A stretch of 64,000 nucleotides of DNA from an uncultured Gammaproteobacteria bacterium (GCA_964404275.1 CAYOJH010000006.1:1525-65524), one strand, 5' to 3'. Shown: positions 1 through 10,832, counted from the first letter of the stretch. A program made the numbers and translations. The notes: generated by a model from the letters alone, not told the origin.

Positions 1-1
1 G

Positions 2-328
2 AAAGAGGCACGGACGGCCTTTCAGGCCTCGCTGGCCAAAGCGCGCGATGAGCGCGACGCGGCGCAGAAGGACGCGCAGACGGCGTATCTCGCCGCGCTG
101 AAGTCCGCGCGCGACGCGTTCCACGCGAGCGTGAGCGCCAGCGTTTCGGCCTCCGGCACGGGAGAAATCTCGGCGAACGTCTCGGCGCGTCTGGCGTATC
201 ATCAGGCGGTCAAAGCGGCCCAGAAAGCGTTCCGTGACGCGAAGAAGAAAGCCGCCAACGACTACCACGCCGAAACGAAAGCCGCGCGCGCTATCTTCGA
301 CGCCTCGGTGAAGTCCTGCAAGATCTGA
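2..328 (+). CDS. hypothetical protein, 3-prime fragment (start lies upstream of the window)
   Basis: Open frame continues from window edge in same frame as ORF 131..328; Ala/Lys-rich helical low-complexity sequence; no recognisable domain. Confidence 0.35.
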   Translation, partial: KEARTAFQASLAKARDERDAAQKDAQTAYLAALKSARDAFHASVSASVSASGTGEISANVSARLAYHQAVKAAQKAFRDAKKKAANDYHAETKAARAIFDASVKSCKI

Positions 329-332
329 ACGA

Positions 333-361
333 AAAATCCTCCCGAAGTGGGAGGATTTTTC
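333..361. terminator. bidirectional rho-independent terminator hairpin between convergent genes
   Basis: aaaaatcctccc-gaag-tgggaggattttt: perfect 7-bp GC-rich stem flanked by A-run and T-run, located between stop at 328 and trmD stop at 360. Confidence 0.5.
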
Positions 362-1079
362 ATTTCGCGCGTTTGGCGTTCTTGGCCCGCCATTCGCCGA
401 TCTTCTTGTGATCGCCTGAGAGCAGGACGGGCGGGACTTTCCAGTGCGTGCCTTTCTTGGGGGAGAAATCTTCCGGCCGCGTGTAATGCGGATGCTCGAT
501 GTAACCTTCGGCCGAGTGGGATTCGTCGACGATCGAGGCTTCCTTGCCGACCACGCCGGGAACGAGGCGCGAGACCGCGTCGAGGATCGTCATGGCCGGC
601 AGCTCGCCGCCGGTCAGCACGTAGTCGCCGACGGAAATTTCCTCGTCGATCAGGTGATCGGAAACGCGCTGATCGATCCCTTCATAGCGCCCGCACAGGA
701 AGACGATGTGCTTGTGCTTCACGAGGCGTTCCGCCACGCGCTGGGTGAACCGCGTGCCGCGAGGGGAGAGAAGTATAACATATGACTTTTGACTTCCAAC
801 TTCAACCTTTTGGCTTCTCACTTTTAGCTTCTTGCTTCTCAAAGCGCCCAGCGCTTTGAGTGCGCGATAGATCGGCTCAACCTTCATCAGCATGCCGGGG
901 CCGCCGCCGAACGGGCGATCATCGACCTTCTTATGCTTGCCGGTCGCATAGGCGCGCAGATCGTGGATGCGAATATCCAAAAGCTTCCGCGCTTTGGCGC
1001 GCTTGATCATGCTCTCGTCGAGATACGACGAAAACATACCCGGAAAAATCGTGAGAATGTCGAAGCGAAGTTTTTTCAT
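360..1079 (-). CDS. trmD: tRNA (guanine37-N1)-methyltransferase TrmD
   Basis: N-terminal FDILTIFPGMF and DDRPFGGGPGM, GRYEGIDQRV motifs characteristic of SPOUT TrmD; carries an extra ~20-aa low-complexity insertion. Confidence 0.85.
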   Translation of the reverse strand: MKKLRFDILTIFPGMFSSYLDESMIKRAKARKLLDIRIHDLRAYATGKHKKVDDRPFGGGPGMLMKVEPIYRALKALGALRSKKLKVRSQKVEVGSQKSYVILLSPRGTRFTQRVAERLVKHKHIVFLCGRYEGIDQRVSDHLIDEEISVGDYVLTGGELPAMTILDAVSRLVPGVVGKEASIVDESHSAEGYIEHPHYTRPEDFSPKKGTHWKVPPVLLSGDHKKIGEWRAKNAKRAK

Positions 1080-1082
1080 CCG

Positions 1083-1448
1083 TCAGATCAGCTCGCGCAG
1101 GCGGTTGGCGAGATCGCTCAGCATCGTTTGGCGCGCGTCTTTGTAAGCGGGATCCGCATCGGAGGCTTCGAGCGCGCGGCGATGATCGTTCACGCGATCA
1201 AGCAGCGCTTCGAGCCGCGCGAGCGCGTCGAACGCGTTTTCCGTTTCCTGCCAATCGTGCGCGAGTTCCGCGTCGCGCAGGAACAGGCCCGCCAGCTTGT
1301 CGAGGTCGGGCGCGCGCCGTTCGACGCGCGGCACTTTGTCGGTCGTGATCTCGCCCGCAACTTCTCCGTGGAGCAGGCTCGCATGCGCGAGACTGTCCGG
1401 CGAGGTTTCAATGCGGAAGTTTTCGCCTTCGGTCGGCTTGCGTTTCAT
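1083..1448 (-). CDS. hypothetical protein
   Basis: 121-aa ORF tightly coupled to trmD (stop 4 bp from trmD start); no recognisable motif. Confidence 0.4.
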   Translation of the reverse strand: MKRKPTEGENFRIETSPDSLAHASLLHGEVAGEITTDKVPRVERRAPDLDKLAGLFLRDAELAHDWQETENAFDALARLEALLDRVNDHRRALEASDADPAYKDARQTMLSDLANRLRELI

Positions 1449-1479
1449 GGCACAATTTTAGCATTTTTTCGGCCTAAAG

Positions 1480-2586
1480 TCAACCGAAGGTGAAGGCGTA
1501 GACGTAGGTATCGGCGTCGAGATAGCGCAGTTCGAGCAGGTGCTCGCCGTAGTTGCCGTGCGCGTTCGTGAGTTCATACAGCCGCTGGCCGTCGATCGTG
1601 AGATAGGTGTTTCCGTCAGGGCCCGCTTTGACGTCCGCGCCGCGGAAATTTTCCGGCACGGGTTTTCCATCAAGCAGGATCTCAACGCGCTTTTTGCCGT
1701 CGCCGCCCATCACGAGGTTGGCGTTCGAAGCGGAGTAACGATATTCGAGCCGCGCGTCGTTGCCGGAGACGGCGCGTTCCGAAGCGTCGGTCCACTGGCC
1801 GCTGAAGGCGAAATGATTCAGCTCCAGCGTTTTCGGAAAGCTGTAGGTGCCGAGCTGATCCTGCGCGACGTTTTCAGGACTCGAGAAGGCGCCCATGCGC
1901 GCATAGCCGACATAGGTTTCCGGCGAGCCGATTTTCGAAAAATCCGGCTGCGCTTCCTGCGTGATCGGCATGGCGGCATCTTGGCCCGCTTCCTTTAAGA
2001 GCGCTTGGATATCGCCTTCGGTTTCGTCATAGGCGCCTTCGCCGAAATGCACCGCGCGCAGGCGGCCCTTGGCGTCAAAGAGATAATGCGCGGGCCAGTA
2101 CTGGTTCTGATAGGCGTTCCAGGTGGCCTGGTCGCTATCCAACGCGACGGGATAGGTGACGCCCAGGCGCTTGACCGCGTCGCGCACGTTCTGTTCGACT
2201 TTTTCGAAGGCGAACTCCGGCGTGTGCACGCCGATCACGATGAAACCCTTATCCTTATACTTGCCGTACCACGAGGTGACGTAGGGGAGCGTGCGCAGGC
2301 AGTTGATGCAGGAGTAGGTCCAGAAATCGACCAGCACGACGTTGCCTTTCAGATCGGCGGTCGTGAGCGGCGGCGAGTTGATCCAGGCTTTGATGCCCGT
2401 GAATTCCGGCATCGCGTCGGCCAAGACCGGCAGTGCGTTTTCCGCGGTCGTCGGCGCGGTGAGTTTCGCGTAGGGATTCGCCGGCATGAGGTTCATCATG
2501 CCTTGCATGCGCTTCGAAACGATCGCGCCGGCGGCGAGCAGGAGAACGACGGCGATGCCGATCCCGAGCCAGATTTTTTTCGACAT
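1480..2586 (-). CDS. thioredoxin-fold thiol:disulfide oxidoreductase (TlpA/ResA-like, DipZ C-terminal type) with N-terminal membrane anchor
   Basis: N-terminal TM helix; FWTYSCINCLRTLPYV redox CxxC motif in thioredoxin-like region; extra C-terminal beta domain; directly downstream of ccdA. Confidence 0.7.
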   Translation of the reverse strand: MSKKIWLGIGIAVVLLLAAGAIVSKRMQGMMNLMPANPYAKLTAPTTAENALPVLADAMPEFTGIKAWINSPPLTTADLKGNVVLVDFWTYSCINCLRTLPYVTSWYGKYKDKGFIVIGVHTPEFAFEKVEQNVRDAVKRLGVTYPVALDSDQATWNAYQNQYWPAHYLFDAKGRLRAVHFGEGAYDETEGDIQALLKEAGQDAAMPITQEAQPDFSKIGSPETYVGYARMGAFSSPENVAQDQLGTYSFPKTLELNHFAFSGQWTDASERAVSGNDARLEYRYSASNANLVMGGDGKKRVEILLDGKPVPENFRGADVKAGPDGNTYLTIDGQRLYELTNAHGNYGEHLLELRYLDADTYVYAFTFG

Positions 2587-2589
2587 AGA

Positions 2590-3318
2590 TTAGAGCATCA
2601 AGATCGAACTGACGGGCAGCCGCGCGATCAGCCAGGCTTGGATCACGTGATCGTATCCGGCCAGGATCGCGATCGCGGTCAGCATGATCAGGATACCGAA
2701 GGCCTTGTTAAAAAGGGAGCGCCAGCGTCCGGCCGAACGGAGCCGTTCCTGGAGGTGCCGGCTGCCATAGGCGATTGCCAGCATCGGCAGACCCGCACCG
2801 ACGGCGTAGGCCAGGAAGAGCAGCGCCGTCGTGACGTAGTCGCTCGTGCGCGCGGCCAGCGTGATGATCGTGGCCAGGATCGGTCCGGCGCACGGCGTCC
2901 AAACCAAGCCGAGCGAAGCGCCGACGGCGAGACCGGAGAGCGCGTCGGTTTTCGTCGAGGCGCCACCCGAAACGTTCGCGCCCAATTTCGCGAGCAGAGG
3001 CTGCATCTTGGCCGACAATTTTTCGTACGCGCCTTCAAAGCACAGCGCCGCGCCGCAAAGGAACAGGATGACGCCGGCGACGGTGCGGAGCGCGTCATTC
3101 GAGATGCCCAGGAACGTGCCCGCGGTCGCGAAGGCGGCGCCGATCACCGCGAACGAGCCGACGAAGCCGGCCACGATCATGAGCGGCCGCCATTTCGAAC
3201 GTCCGCCGCTCGTCCCTAAGAGAAAGGGGAGAACCGGCAAGATGCAGGGCGCGAGAATCGTGAGGACGCCCGCGGCGATCGCCAGGAAAAAGAGGGTCAT
3301 ATGAAGGAAGTCTATCAT
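2590..3318 (-). CDS. ccdA: cytochrome c-type biogenesis / disulfide electron transporter CcdA (DsbD core)
   Basis: Polytopic membrane protein with LAPCILPVLPFL and second conserved Cys (WTPCAGP) typical of CcdA/DsbD-beta. Confidence 0.8.
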   Translation of the reverse strand: MIDFLHMTLFFLAIAAGVLTILAPCILPVLPFLLGTSGGRSKWRPLMIVAGFVGSFAVIGAAFATAGTFLGISNDALRTVAGVILFLCGAALCFEGAYEKLSAKMQPLLAKLGANVSGGASTKTDALSGLAVGASLGLVWTPCAGPILATIITLAARTSDYVTTALLFLAYAVGAGLPMLAIAYGSRHLQERLRSAGRWRSLFNKAFGILIMLTAIAILAGYDHVIQAWLIARLPVSSILML

Positions 3319-3336
3319 GGAGAAAGAAAAAGCCCG

Positions 3337-4005
3337 TCAGCGATGACGGGACCGACGGCGTTTTCGATGGCGGCGCGCATGTTGCGCGGCGGGCCGGACT
3401 TTGCCGGCTTTGGCATAGCTCGGCAGCACCATGACGTGAAAGCAGTACTGGCCGTATTCCTGGATGTAGATGACTTTGCCCTGGGACGCGAGCGTGTTCA
3501 GCCGGCGGCGGATCCAGGCGTCTTCTTTGCGGGAGAGGCCGATCCTCGAGATGTCGACGGTGGCGCCGGTCAGGTGCGAAGAGCGTTTCCAGCCCGACGC
3601 GCCGCAGATGGCGTTGCCGTTCGAATGGCAGAGCCGGCGCTGATAGGCCTGGGTGCGCACGAGCGACGTGATCACGTAGCGCGTGCCGAAGGCGTCGTGC
3701 GCCGCGCCGAGCTCATGATCGAGAAAGGCTTTCGTCCACGGGCGGGCATGGCGATAGAGATCGCGATGCTCCGGATCCATCTCGGCGAGCGTCTGATCGA
3801 TGGCGTACGCGTCGGTGTCGCCGACGCTCACCAGCCGCCCCGCGTCGACGAAGGCGCGGAGGTCGTCGAGCGTTTCGAGCCGTGAGAGGTCGTACCGGTC
3901 AGCGGCGTCATTCTGCAGCTTTTGCAGATAGCCGCGGGGATGGGCCTCGGTCGGAATCGGGGCAAAGAGCGCGAGGAGAACGAGAAAACATGGAATGTTC
4001 CTCAT
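3337..4005 (-). CDS. secreted peptidase M15/LAS-like (D-Ala-D-Ala carboxypeptidase-like) protein
   Basis: Signal peptide MRNIPCFLVLLALFAPIPTEA; SSHLTGATVDIS resembles SxHxxGxAxD zinc-binding motif of VanY/M15 peptidases; start choice (4005 vs 4023/4032) uncertain. Confidence 0.45.
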   Translation of the reverse strand: MRNIPCFLVLLALFAPIPTEAHPRGYLQKLQNDAADRYDLSRLETLDDLRAFVDAGRLVSVGDTDAYAIDQTLAEMDPEHRDLYRHARPWTKAFLDHELGAAHDAFGTRYVITSLVRTQAYQRRLCHSNGNAICGASGWKRSSHLTGATVDISRIGLSRKEDAWIRRRLNTLASQGKVIYIQEYGQYCFHVMVLPSYAKAGKVRPAAQHARRHRKRRRSRHR

Positions 4006-4043
4006 GACGGCACCTCGCTTCATAGGGTACAATACCGGCAGCT

Positions 4044-4739
4044 ATGGTCAAAAGGATCGCCATCCTCTCGCTGCTCTGCTGGTGCGCTTGTGCTCCAGTC
4101 TTGGCGCAACGCATCTCTCCGGTGACCGCGCGCGACGTTCGGCAGACGCCCGACGGCGTCGATCGCGTTTTTTCCTTCACCGTCGTCAACGCGCTTCCCC
4201 GCGACTTCGTGGTCCACGGGCGCGTCACGGTCATCAACGTCTACGACACCTCGCTGCCGGTCACGCTGCCTTTCGACGGCCTGACGGTGCCGGCCGGCGG
4301 GACGGCTCCCGTTCAGGTGCGCTGGCATGACGCGCCGCTCGCCGGACAAGTCCGCGCGCTGATCGTCGTGAGCGACGGCCTCGACCCTTCCTACGTCGCG
4401 CCGATGACGTTCTGGCTCTGGCCGAGCCTGCCGAACGTCGGAATCGTCGCTCTGGGCATCCTGTTCACCCTGGGCGTCGTGCTGGTCTGGCGCCTCCTGC
4501 GGAAAAGAACGAAAAGGCCGAAAGTTTCGGCTCCGGCCGCGCGCCGGATTCCGACCAACATGCTTCCGTACGTCGTCGAACCGAACGACAGCTTGATGTC
4601 CCTGACCAGCCGGTTCGACGTCAGCTGGGAAGACCTCGTCCGCGCCAACCGTATGATGCCCCCCTACGAACTGAGGCCGGGAAAAACGATCCTGATCCCG
4701 CGGCACCCCCTGAAGTCGAAGCCCGCGCCGAAGGCTTGA
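4044..4739 (+). CDS. LysM domain membrane-anchored protein
   Basis: Signal peptide, internal TM (GIVALGILFTLGVVLVW), C-terminal LysM-like segment YVVEPNDSLMSLTSRFDVSWEDLVRANRM...GKTILIP. Confidence 0.6.
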   Translation: MVKRIAILSLLCWCACAPVLAQRISPVTARDVRQTPDGVDRVFSFTVVNALPRDFVVHGRVTVINVYDTSLPVTLPFDGLTVPAGGTAPVQVRWHDAPLAGQVRALIVVSDGLDPSYVAPMTFWLWPSLPNVGIVALGILFTLGVVLVWRLLRKRTKRPKVSAPAARRIPTNMLPYVVEPNDSLMSLTSRFDVSWEDLVRANRMMPPYELRPGKTILIPRHPLKSKPAPKA

Positions 4740-4797
4740 CGCCCAAAGCGCTCGCGCGTATAGTTAGGCCATCTAACTATTCGTCGCGCTGCATCGC

Positions 4798-5217
4798 ATG
4801 CCCGTCTCGGCCCGTCTCAAGCGCCTGATTTCGCTGAGCTTCTCCCTTCACGGGATGATGCGCGATCGGCTCAAGCGCGCCTCGCATCCCGACGCCGTTT
4901 CGTTCCCGAAGCTGGTGGTCTTGCGGTTCATCCTTGAGCGTAAGGATCCGCCCATGAAAGACGTCGCAGCCTTCCTGGGCGTGACGCCGCCTTCGGCCAC
5001 CGCGCTGATCGACGGCCTGGCCGCCGATGGGCTGGTGGCCCGGAAACCGGATCCTCGAGACCGGCGCGGCGTGCTCTTGCGCGCGACGCCCAAAGGCAGA
5101 CGCCTGGTGCAGGCCTGTTTCGCCCGCGTCTCGGCACAGGTCGCCGAGATGTTCGGCCGGCTCACGATCGAAGAACAGGATCGCTTGATCGCCATTTTCG
5201 AGAAATTACTCGTATGA
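4798..5217 (+). CDS. MarR family transcriptional regulator
   Basis: Winged HTH MarR signature (LVVLRFI...MKDVAAFLGVTPPSATALIDGLAADGLVARKPDPRDRRGVLLRATPKGRR); stop overlaps start of downstream efflux adaptor (ATGA); start may be 4849. Confidence 0.75.
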   Translation: MPVSARLKRLISLSFSLHGMMRDRLKRASHPDAVSFPKLVVLRFILERKDPPMKDVAAFLGVTPPSATALIDGLAADGLVARKPDPRDRRGVLLRATPKGRRLVQACFARVSAQVAEMFGRLTIEEQDRLIAIFEKLLV

Positions 5218-6887
5218 AGAAAATCCTCTTGATCGTCCTCGGCGTGATCCTGGTGGCTTTTGTCGGCTGGAGAATCGCCGCGGCCCGTGCGCCGAAGATC
5301 GCGTACGACACGTTCGACGCCGCGCGCCAGACGCTCCGCCAGACCGTCCAGGTCACCGGCGAAGTCGTCTCTTCGCAGGACGTCGATTTGAAATTCGAAG
5401 CCTCCGGCCGCGTGCATGCGATCATCAAGAAGGTCGGCGACCCGGTCAAAGCGGGGGAAGTGCTGGCCACGCTCGACGGCCGCGATGAAGCGGTGGGCGT
5501 CCAGAAAGCGCAGGCGGCGCTCTTGTCGGCTCAGGCCAGCCTCGATCGTTTGCAACATGGCGCCACGGCCGAGGACATCAACGTCGCGGCCGTCGCCGCA
5601 GAGAACGCGCAGACGTCTTTGGATCAGGCGCAGCTTTCGCTGACGAGGACCCAGGCTTCCAACGCGGCTACGCTCGACAAGGCCTACGGCGACCTCGATG
5701 GCCAGATCGAGAGCCTGTATCTCAAAGCTTCGAGCGCGGTTCAGACGATGAAGAACGAAGTTTTCGACGCGGCCGGCAGCCTCCGTTCCGACATTTCTTC
5801 TTCCGATTCCGGCACGCAGAATCAAGCCCTGACGGATTTCACGGCGGCGCGTTCCGCCATCACGGCGATGGACATGGACGTGGTCGCCTATCGCGCCGCG
5901 ACAACGGACGCTGACAAGGACCGCTTGTCGGGCGCCCTGCTCGGCGAAGCGAAAACCGTCCGTCAATCCGCGCAGACGGCCAATGCGCTGATGCAGACCT
6001 CGGTGCCGACAGGCGCGACGACGCAAGCCGCCTTTGATGCGCGAAAATCCGACGTGAAGGCGGCTTGGTCGGAGCTGAGTGCCGCCGTCAACGCCGCCGA
6101 TTCGCAGCGCTTGCTCGTGGCCTCGACCGCCGCTTCGAACGCCTCCTCGCTCTCCGCCGCAGAGCAGAACGTCAAGACCGCCGAAGGCGCGCTCGCGAGC
6201 GCGCAGGCCAACCTCGATCTGAAGAAAGCGCCGGCCACCTCGTTCGATCTTGAGAGCGCCCGCGCGAGCGTCTCGCAGGCGCAGGCTTCGCTCGGCGAGG
6301 CGGAAAACGCGCTCGAGAAAACCAAGATCCGCGCGCCCTTTGACGGCACGATCGCCCAGGTGCCCGGCCGCGCCGGCACGACCGTTGCGCCGAGCGACGT
6401 CATTCTCAAATTGCACGGCGACAACCTCTACGAAATCGAAGCCGACGTGCCGGAAACCGACGTGGCCAAACTCAAGATCGGCCTGCCCGCCGAGATCACG
6501 CTCGACGCGTATGGCGACGGCGTGAAATTCCAGGGCGCGCTGACTTCGATCGACACCGCGCAGACGGTCATCCAGGACGTCGTCTATTACAAAACGCGCT
6601 TCCAGCTTCAAGCGCAGGCGGACAAGCCGATCCGGACCGGCATGACGGCCAACATCACGGTCATCACGCAGGAAAAGGCGAACGTACTCGTCGTACCGCA
6701 GCGCGCCATCAGGCTGGATGGCGAAGAAAAAAGCGTGCGCGTGCTCGAAAACGGCCAGGAGGTCAAGAAGGTCGTGACGACCGGCTTGTACGGCGATGAC
6801 GGGTACGTCGAAATCGTTTCGGGCCTGTCCGGTGGCGAGAAGATCGTGCTGGCCGCGCGCCGCGGCGGCAAGATCATCACGGAATAA
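5214..6887 (+). CDS. efflux transporter periplasmic adaptor subunit (HlyD/MacA family) with extended coiled coil
   Basis: N-terminal TM anchor, long Ala/Gln-rich coiled coil, C-terminal beta-barrel region (IRAPFDGTIAQV); first gene of adaptor-ATPase-permease operon. Confidence 0.75.
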   Translation: MKKILLIVLGVILVAFVGWRIAAARAPKIAYDTFDAARQTLRQTVQVTGEVVSSQDVDLKFEASGRVHAIIKKVGDPVKAGEVLATLDGRDEAVGVQKAQAALLSAQASLDRLQHGATAEDINVAAVAAENAQTSLDQAQLSLTRTQASNAATLDKAYGDLDGQIESLYLKASSAVQTMKNEVFDAAGSLRSDISSSDSGTQNQALTDFTAARSAITAMDMDVVAYRAATTDADKDRLSGALLGEAKTVRQSAQTANALMQTSVPTGATTQAAFDARKSDVKAAWSELSAAVNAADSQRLLVASTAASNASSLSAAEQNVKTAEGALASAQANLDLKKAPATSFDLESARASVSQAQASLGEAENALEKTKIRAPFDGTIAQVPGRAGTTVAPSDVILKLHGDNLYEIEADVPETDVAKLKIGLPAEITLDAYGDGVKFQGALTSIDTAQTVIQDVVYYKTRFQLQAQADKPIRTGMTANITVITQEKANVLVVPQRAIRLDGEEKSVRVLENGQEVKKVVTTGLYGDDGYVEIVSGLSGGEKIVLAARRGGKIITE

Positions 6888-6888
6888 C

Positions 6889-7617
<729 letters not shown>

Positions 7618-7618
7618 T

Positions 7619-8848
7619 ATGCACATCGGCGAAACGACGCGCACCGCATTCAAGGGATTGGCCGCGCACAAGACGCGCTCGTTCTTGACGATGCTCGGCA
7701 TCATCATCGGCATCGCGTCCGTCATCATGATGATGTCGCTCGGCGCCGGGGCCCAGGACTTGATCGTCGGCCAGATTTCGAGCTTCGGCCCCGACACGCT
7801 GTTCGTGCGCGGAGGCGGAGGCGACGCCAACGGCCCGCCGAACTTCGCCCAGCTCCAGGCCATCACGTACGCTGATTATCAGGCCGTCCAACGCTTGCCT
7901 TCGGTCAAGGCAGCCGCGCCGATCCTGCAGATCGACGCCACGGTCGCCTATCAAGGCCAGACGTCCGTGCCGACCGTCTACGGCACCTCGCCGGACTATT
8001 TCGATCTGAATCGGACCGGCCTCGACGCGGGACGGCTGTTCGACAAGACCGACCTGGACGGAGCCGGAAACGTCATCGTGATCGGCCATCAGCTGGCGCT
8101 CGATCTTTTCAACGGCGACGATCCGATCGGAAAATCCGTGACGGTCAACCGCAAAACCTTCGTCGTGATCGGCACGCTGCCGGCGCACGGCGCGTCGATC
8201 TTCCTCGATCAGGACAAGGCGGCCTACGTGCCGATCACGACCGCGAAAAAAGAGCTTTCCGGCGTGAACTACGTCACCTTCATGATGGTCCAGGCCAAAG
8301 GCGACGTCGATTACGCGGCCGACGACGTGCGCTTCCTCTTGCGCGACCGCCACAAGATCGACAATCCCACCGGCGACACCAAGAAGGACGATTTCCTGGT
8401 CCGGACGCAAGTGCAGGCCGCCGCGACGCTCAGCACCGTGACCGGCGCTTTGACGCTGTTCCTTTCGGCCATCGCTTCGATCTCGCTCGTGGTCGGCGGC
8501 ATCGGCATCATGAACATCATGCTCGTCTCCGTCACGGAACGGACGCGCGAGATTGGCTTGCGCAAAGCCGTCGGGGCCACGCGCGCCAACATCATGCTGC
8601 AGTTCCTGCTCGAGGCCATCATGCTGACCATGCTCGGCGGCTTCGTCGGCGTCGCGATCGGAGGCAGCTTCTCCTTCCTGGCCGCCAAGATCATCGCCAA
8701 CTATTCGCCCGATTGGAAATTCTCCCTCCCGCTCTCCGGCATCCTGCTGTCGGTCGGCGTGGCCACGTTGGTCGGTCTGATCTTCGGCCTCTATCCCGCG
8801 CAAAAAGCCTCGAAGCTCGATCCGATCGAAGCGCTGCGTTACGAATGA
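7619..8848 (+). CDS. ABC transporter permease (FtsX/MacB-type)
   Basis: N-terminal TM, large periplasmic domain, C-terminal 3-TM FtsX-like region ([17 protein letters not shown]). Confidence 0.8.
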   Translation: MHIGETTRTAFKGLAAHKTRSFLTMLGIIIGIASVIMMMSLGAGAQDLIVGQISSFGPDTLFVRGGGGDANGPPNFAQLQAITYADYQAVQRLPSVKAAAPILQIDATVAYQGQTSVPTVYGTSPDYFDLNRTGLDAGRLFDKTDLDGAGNVIVIGHQLALDLFNGDDPIGKSVTVNRKTFVVIGTLPAHGASIFLDQDKAAYVPITTAKKELSGVNYVTFMMVQAKGDVDYAADDVRFLLRDRHKIDNPTGDTKKDDFLVRTQVQAAATLSTVTGALTLFLSAIASISLVVGGIGIMNIMLVSVTERTREIGLRKAVGATRANIMLQFLLEAIMLTMLGGFVGVAIGGSFSFLAAKIIANYSPDWKFSLPLSGILLSVGVATLVGLIFGLYPAQKASKLDPIEALRYE

Positions 8849-8923
8849 GCCGGCCCTCGATTGACGGAATCGCCTCCGTGTTCTAAGGTGGCGCGTTCGA
8901 AGCCCTTTGCCTCGGGAGAACCC

Positions 8924-9301
8924 ATGCTCAGCCAGGAACAGACGCACCTGCTCGAAAAAGCCAAGTTGCCGACGGACATCGCCGCCTTCATCGGTCGCCG
9001 AGCGCGTTGCCAGTATCTTCACGGACACGGCGCGCTCCATGAATACGAAGTGATCGGCCTGACATTTTACGTCCGTTACGGCCGGGTGCGCGAACAGATC
9101 TGGCACAACGCCCCGCTCGGGATCCAAGCCATCCTCGCGCCCGTCACGCAGCGCGAGATCGAACGCGGGGAATCCCTGCATCACCCGTTCATGCGCTTCG
9201 ACGGAGAACGCTGGGCGCTCTTCACGCTCCGCCCGCGACTCTCCTCGCACCGCACCGAGAGCTCCTGGATCGAACACCCCGTCAAGGTCTTCTGGGAATG
9301 A
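8924..9301 (+). CDS. hypothetical protein
   Basis: Open frame with ATG at 8924 (upstream extension to 8861 is possible); no recognisable domain. Confidence 0.35.
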   Translation: MLSQEQTHLLEKAKLPTDIAAFIGRRARCQYLHGHGALHEYEVIGLTFYVRYGRVREQIWHNAPLGIQAILAPVTQREIERGESLHHPFMRFDGERWALFTLRPRLSSHRTESSWIEHPVKVFWE

Positions 9302-9372
9302 ATGCCCGCGCCTCGCCGCGGGTTTTCTTTTCTCTTGAAAAAAACGGTCTTATCCGCTACATTGAGCCCGAT

Positions 9373-9612
9373 ATGGAAGAAGCCAAGAAGCCGCTCAAAA
9401 TCACCAAGATCGTTATCGACCGCGAGCTGTGCATCGGGGCGGCTTCGTGCGTCGTGATCGCGCCGGGCACGTTTCAGATGGACGAGGAGAACAAGGCCTA
9501 CCTCGTCGACATCGACGCGCATGACGCGGAGACGCTCAAGATGGCGGCGGAATCGTGCCCGACCAAGGCGATTTTCCTCTACGACGAAGAGGGAAAGCAG
9601 GTCTACCCGTAA
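9373..9612 (+). CDS. ferredoxin (single [4Fe-4S]/[3Fe-4S] cluster type)
   Basis: Small protein with CIGAASC...CP Cys pattern typical of short ferredoxins; stop overlaps start of FAD-oxidoreductase (TAATG). Confidence 0.6.
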   Translation: MEEAKKPLKITKIVIDRELCIGAASCVVIAPGTFQMDEENKAYLVDIDAHDAETLKMAAESCPTKAIFLYDEEGKQVYP

Positions 9613-10832
9613 TGCGTTCCGTCGACGTTCTGATCATCGGCGGCGGCGCGGCCGGCACGACGGCGGCGGAGACGTACCGCGCCGGCGGCGGCGAGGGTTC
9701 GGTCGTGATCGTGTCCGACGAAGCGCATCGGCTGTATTCGCGCGTGCTCTTGCCGCATGCGGCCAAAGGCAAGATCGCGGCGGAGAAGTCTTTTTTGAGA
9801 AATGAAAACTGGTACGCGGAAAAAGGCATCGAGCTTCTGACCGATCTCTCCGTGCTACGCGTAGATTTCAAGCATCGCATCGCCGTTTTGGATAACAACG
9901 AAGAACTTTCCTACAAGAACTTGGTGATCGCCGTCGGCGGCAAGCCGCGGGATTGGCACGTGCCCGGCGCGGAGACGAGCGGGGTTTTGAAATTACAGAC
10001 GTACGAAGACGCGCTCGCGCTGCGCGATGCCTTGCGACCCGAAGCGCGCATGGCGATCGTGGGCTCCGGCTTCATCGCGATCGAATTCGCCGCCGCCTGC
10101 GTCGAGAAAGGCGTCCAGGCGACGCTCTTCAATCGCGGACCGCATTTCTGGGCTTCCGCGCTCGGCGAAAAGATCGGTCAGGCCGTCCAAGCCGCGATGG
10201 AAACGCAGGGCCTGCGCGTGCGCCATTCCGCGAAAGTGGCCGCCGTCGAAGGCGGTGAAACCGTTTCGGCCGTGAAACTGTCGACCGGCGAAACGTTTCC
10301 ATGCGAGCTGGTCGGCCTCGGCATCGGCATCGAGGTCTCGGCAGAGCCGTTCGCCGATCTGAAGGGCGAGATCGGCCTCGCCGCGGACGCGTTCCTGAAA
10401 GCGAAACACGAGAACGTCTGGATCGCGGGCGACTGCGCGGAATACGACGATGAAGTCGTCGGCTTCCGCCGCGTGGTCGGCAACTGGACCAATGCGATCG
10501 CCCAAGGCCGCCACGTCGGCCAGGCGCTGCTCGGGCGCCACGAAAAATTCATCATGCTGACCGGCTACAGCACGAGCGTCTTTCCGGGCGTGAACCTGAT
10601 TTTCCTCGGCGAATCGCGGATGCTGCCCGACGTCGAACGCCATGAACGCGTTCTCGAAGAAGGAAAAAAGATCGTCGAATTCCGCACGCTGCGCGGCCGC
10701 GTAATCGGCGCGCTCCTGCTGAACGCGACCGATCAGCGCGCAGCCGCCGCGGCCTTGATCGTCTCGGGCGTTTCCCTGGTAGGCAGAGAAAACGATCTGA
10801 GCGACGCTTCAGTGCCGCTCGATCAATTTTGA
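9612..10832 (+). CDS. FAD-dependent pyridine nucleotide-disulfide oxidoreductase (ferredoxin reductase-like)
   Basis: N-terminal FAD Rossmann VLIIGGGAAGTTAAE, second NAD(P) Rossmann IVGSGFIAIEFA, coupled to ferredoxin gene. Confidence 0.75.
   Translation: MRSVDVLIIGGGAAGTTAAETYRAGGGEGSVVIVSDEAHRLYSRVLLPHAAKGKIAAEKSFLRNENWYAEKGIELLTDLSVLRVDFKHRIAVLDNNEELSYKNLVIAVGGKPRDWHVPGAETSGVLKLQTYEDALALRDALRPEARMAIVGSGFIAIEFAAACVEKGVQATLFNRGPHFWASALGEKIGQAVQAAMETQGLRVRHSAKVAAVEGGETVSAVKLSTGETFPCELVGLGIGIEVSAEPFADLKGEIGLAADAFLKAKHENVWIAGDCAEYDDEVVGFRRVVGNWTNAIAQGRHVGQALLGRHEKFIMLTGYSTSVFPGVNLIFLGESRMLPDVERHERVLEEGKKIVEFRTLRGRVIGALLLNATDQRAAAAALIVSGVSLVGRENDLSDASVPLDQF

Noticed and set aside
131-328. 65-aa ORF as a complete small gene
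   Set aside because: The frame is open back to the window edge (position 2); more likely the 3-prime end of a larger gene starting upstream.
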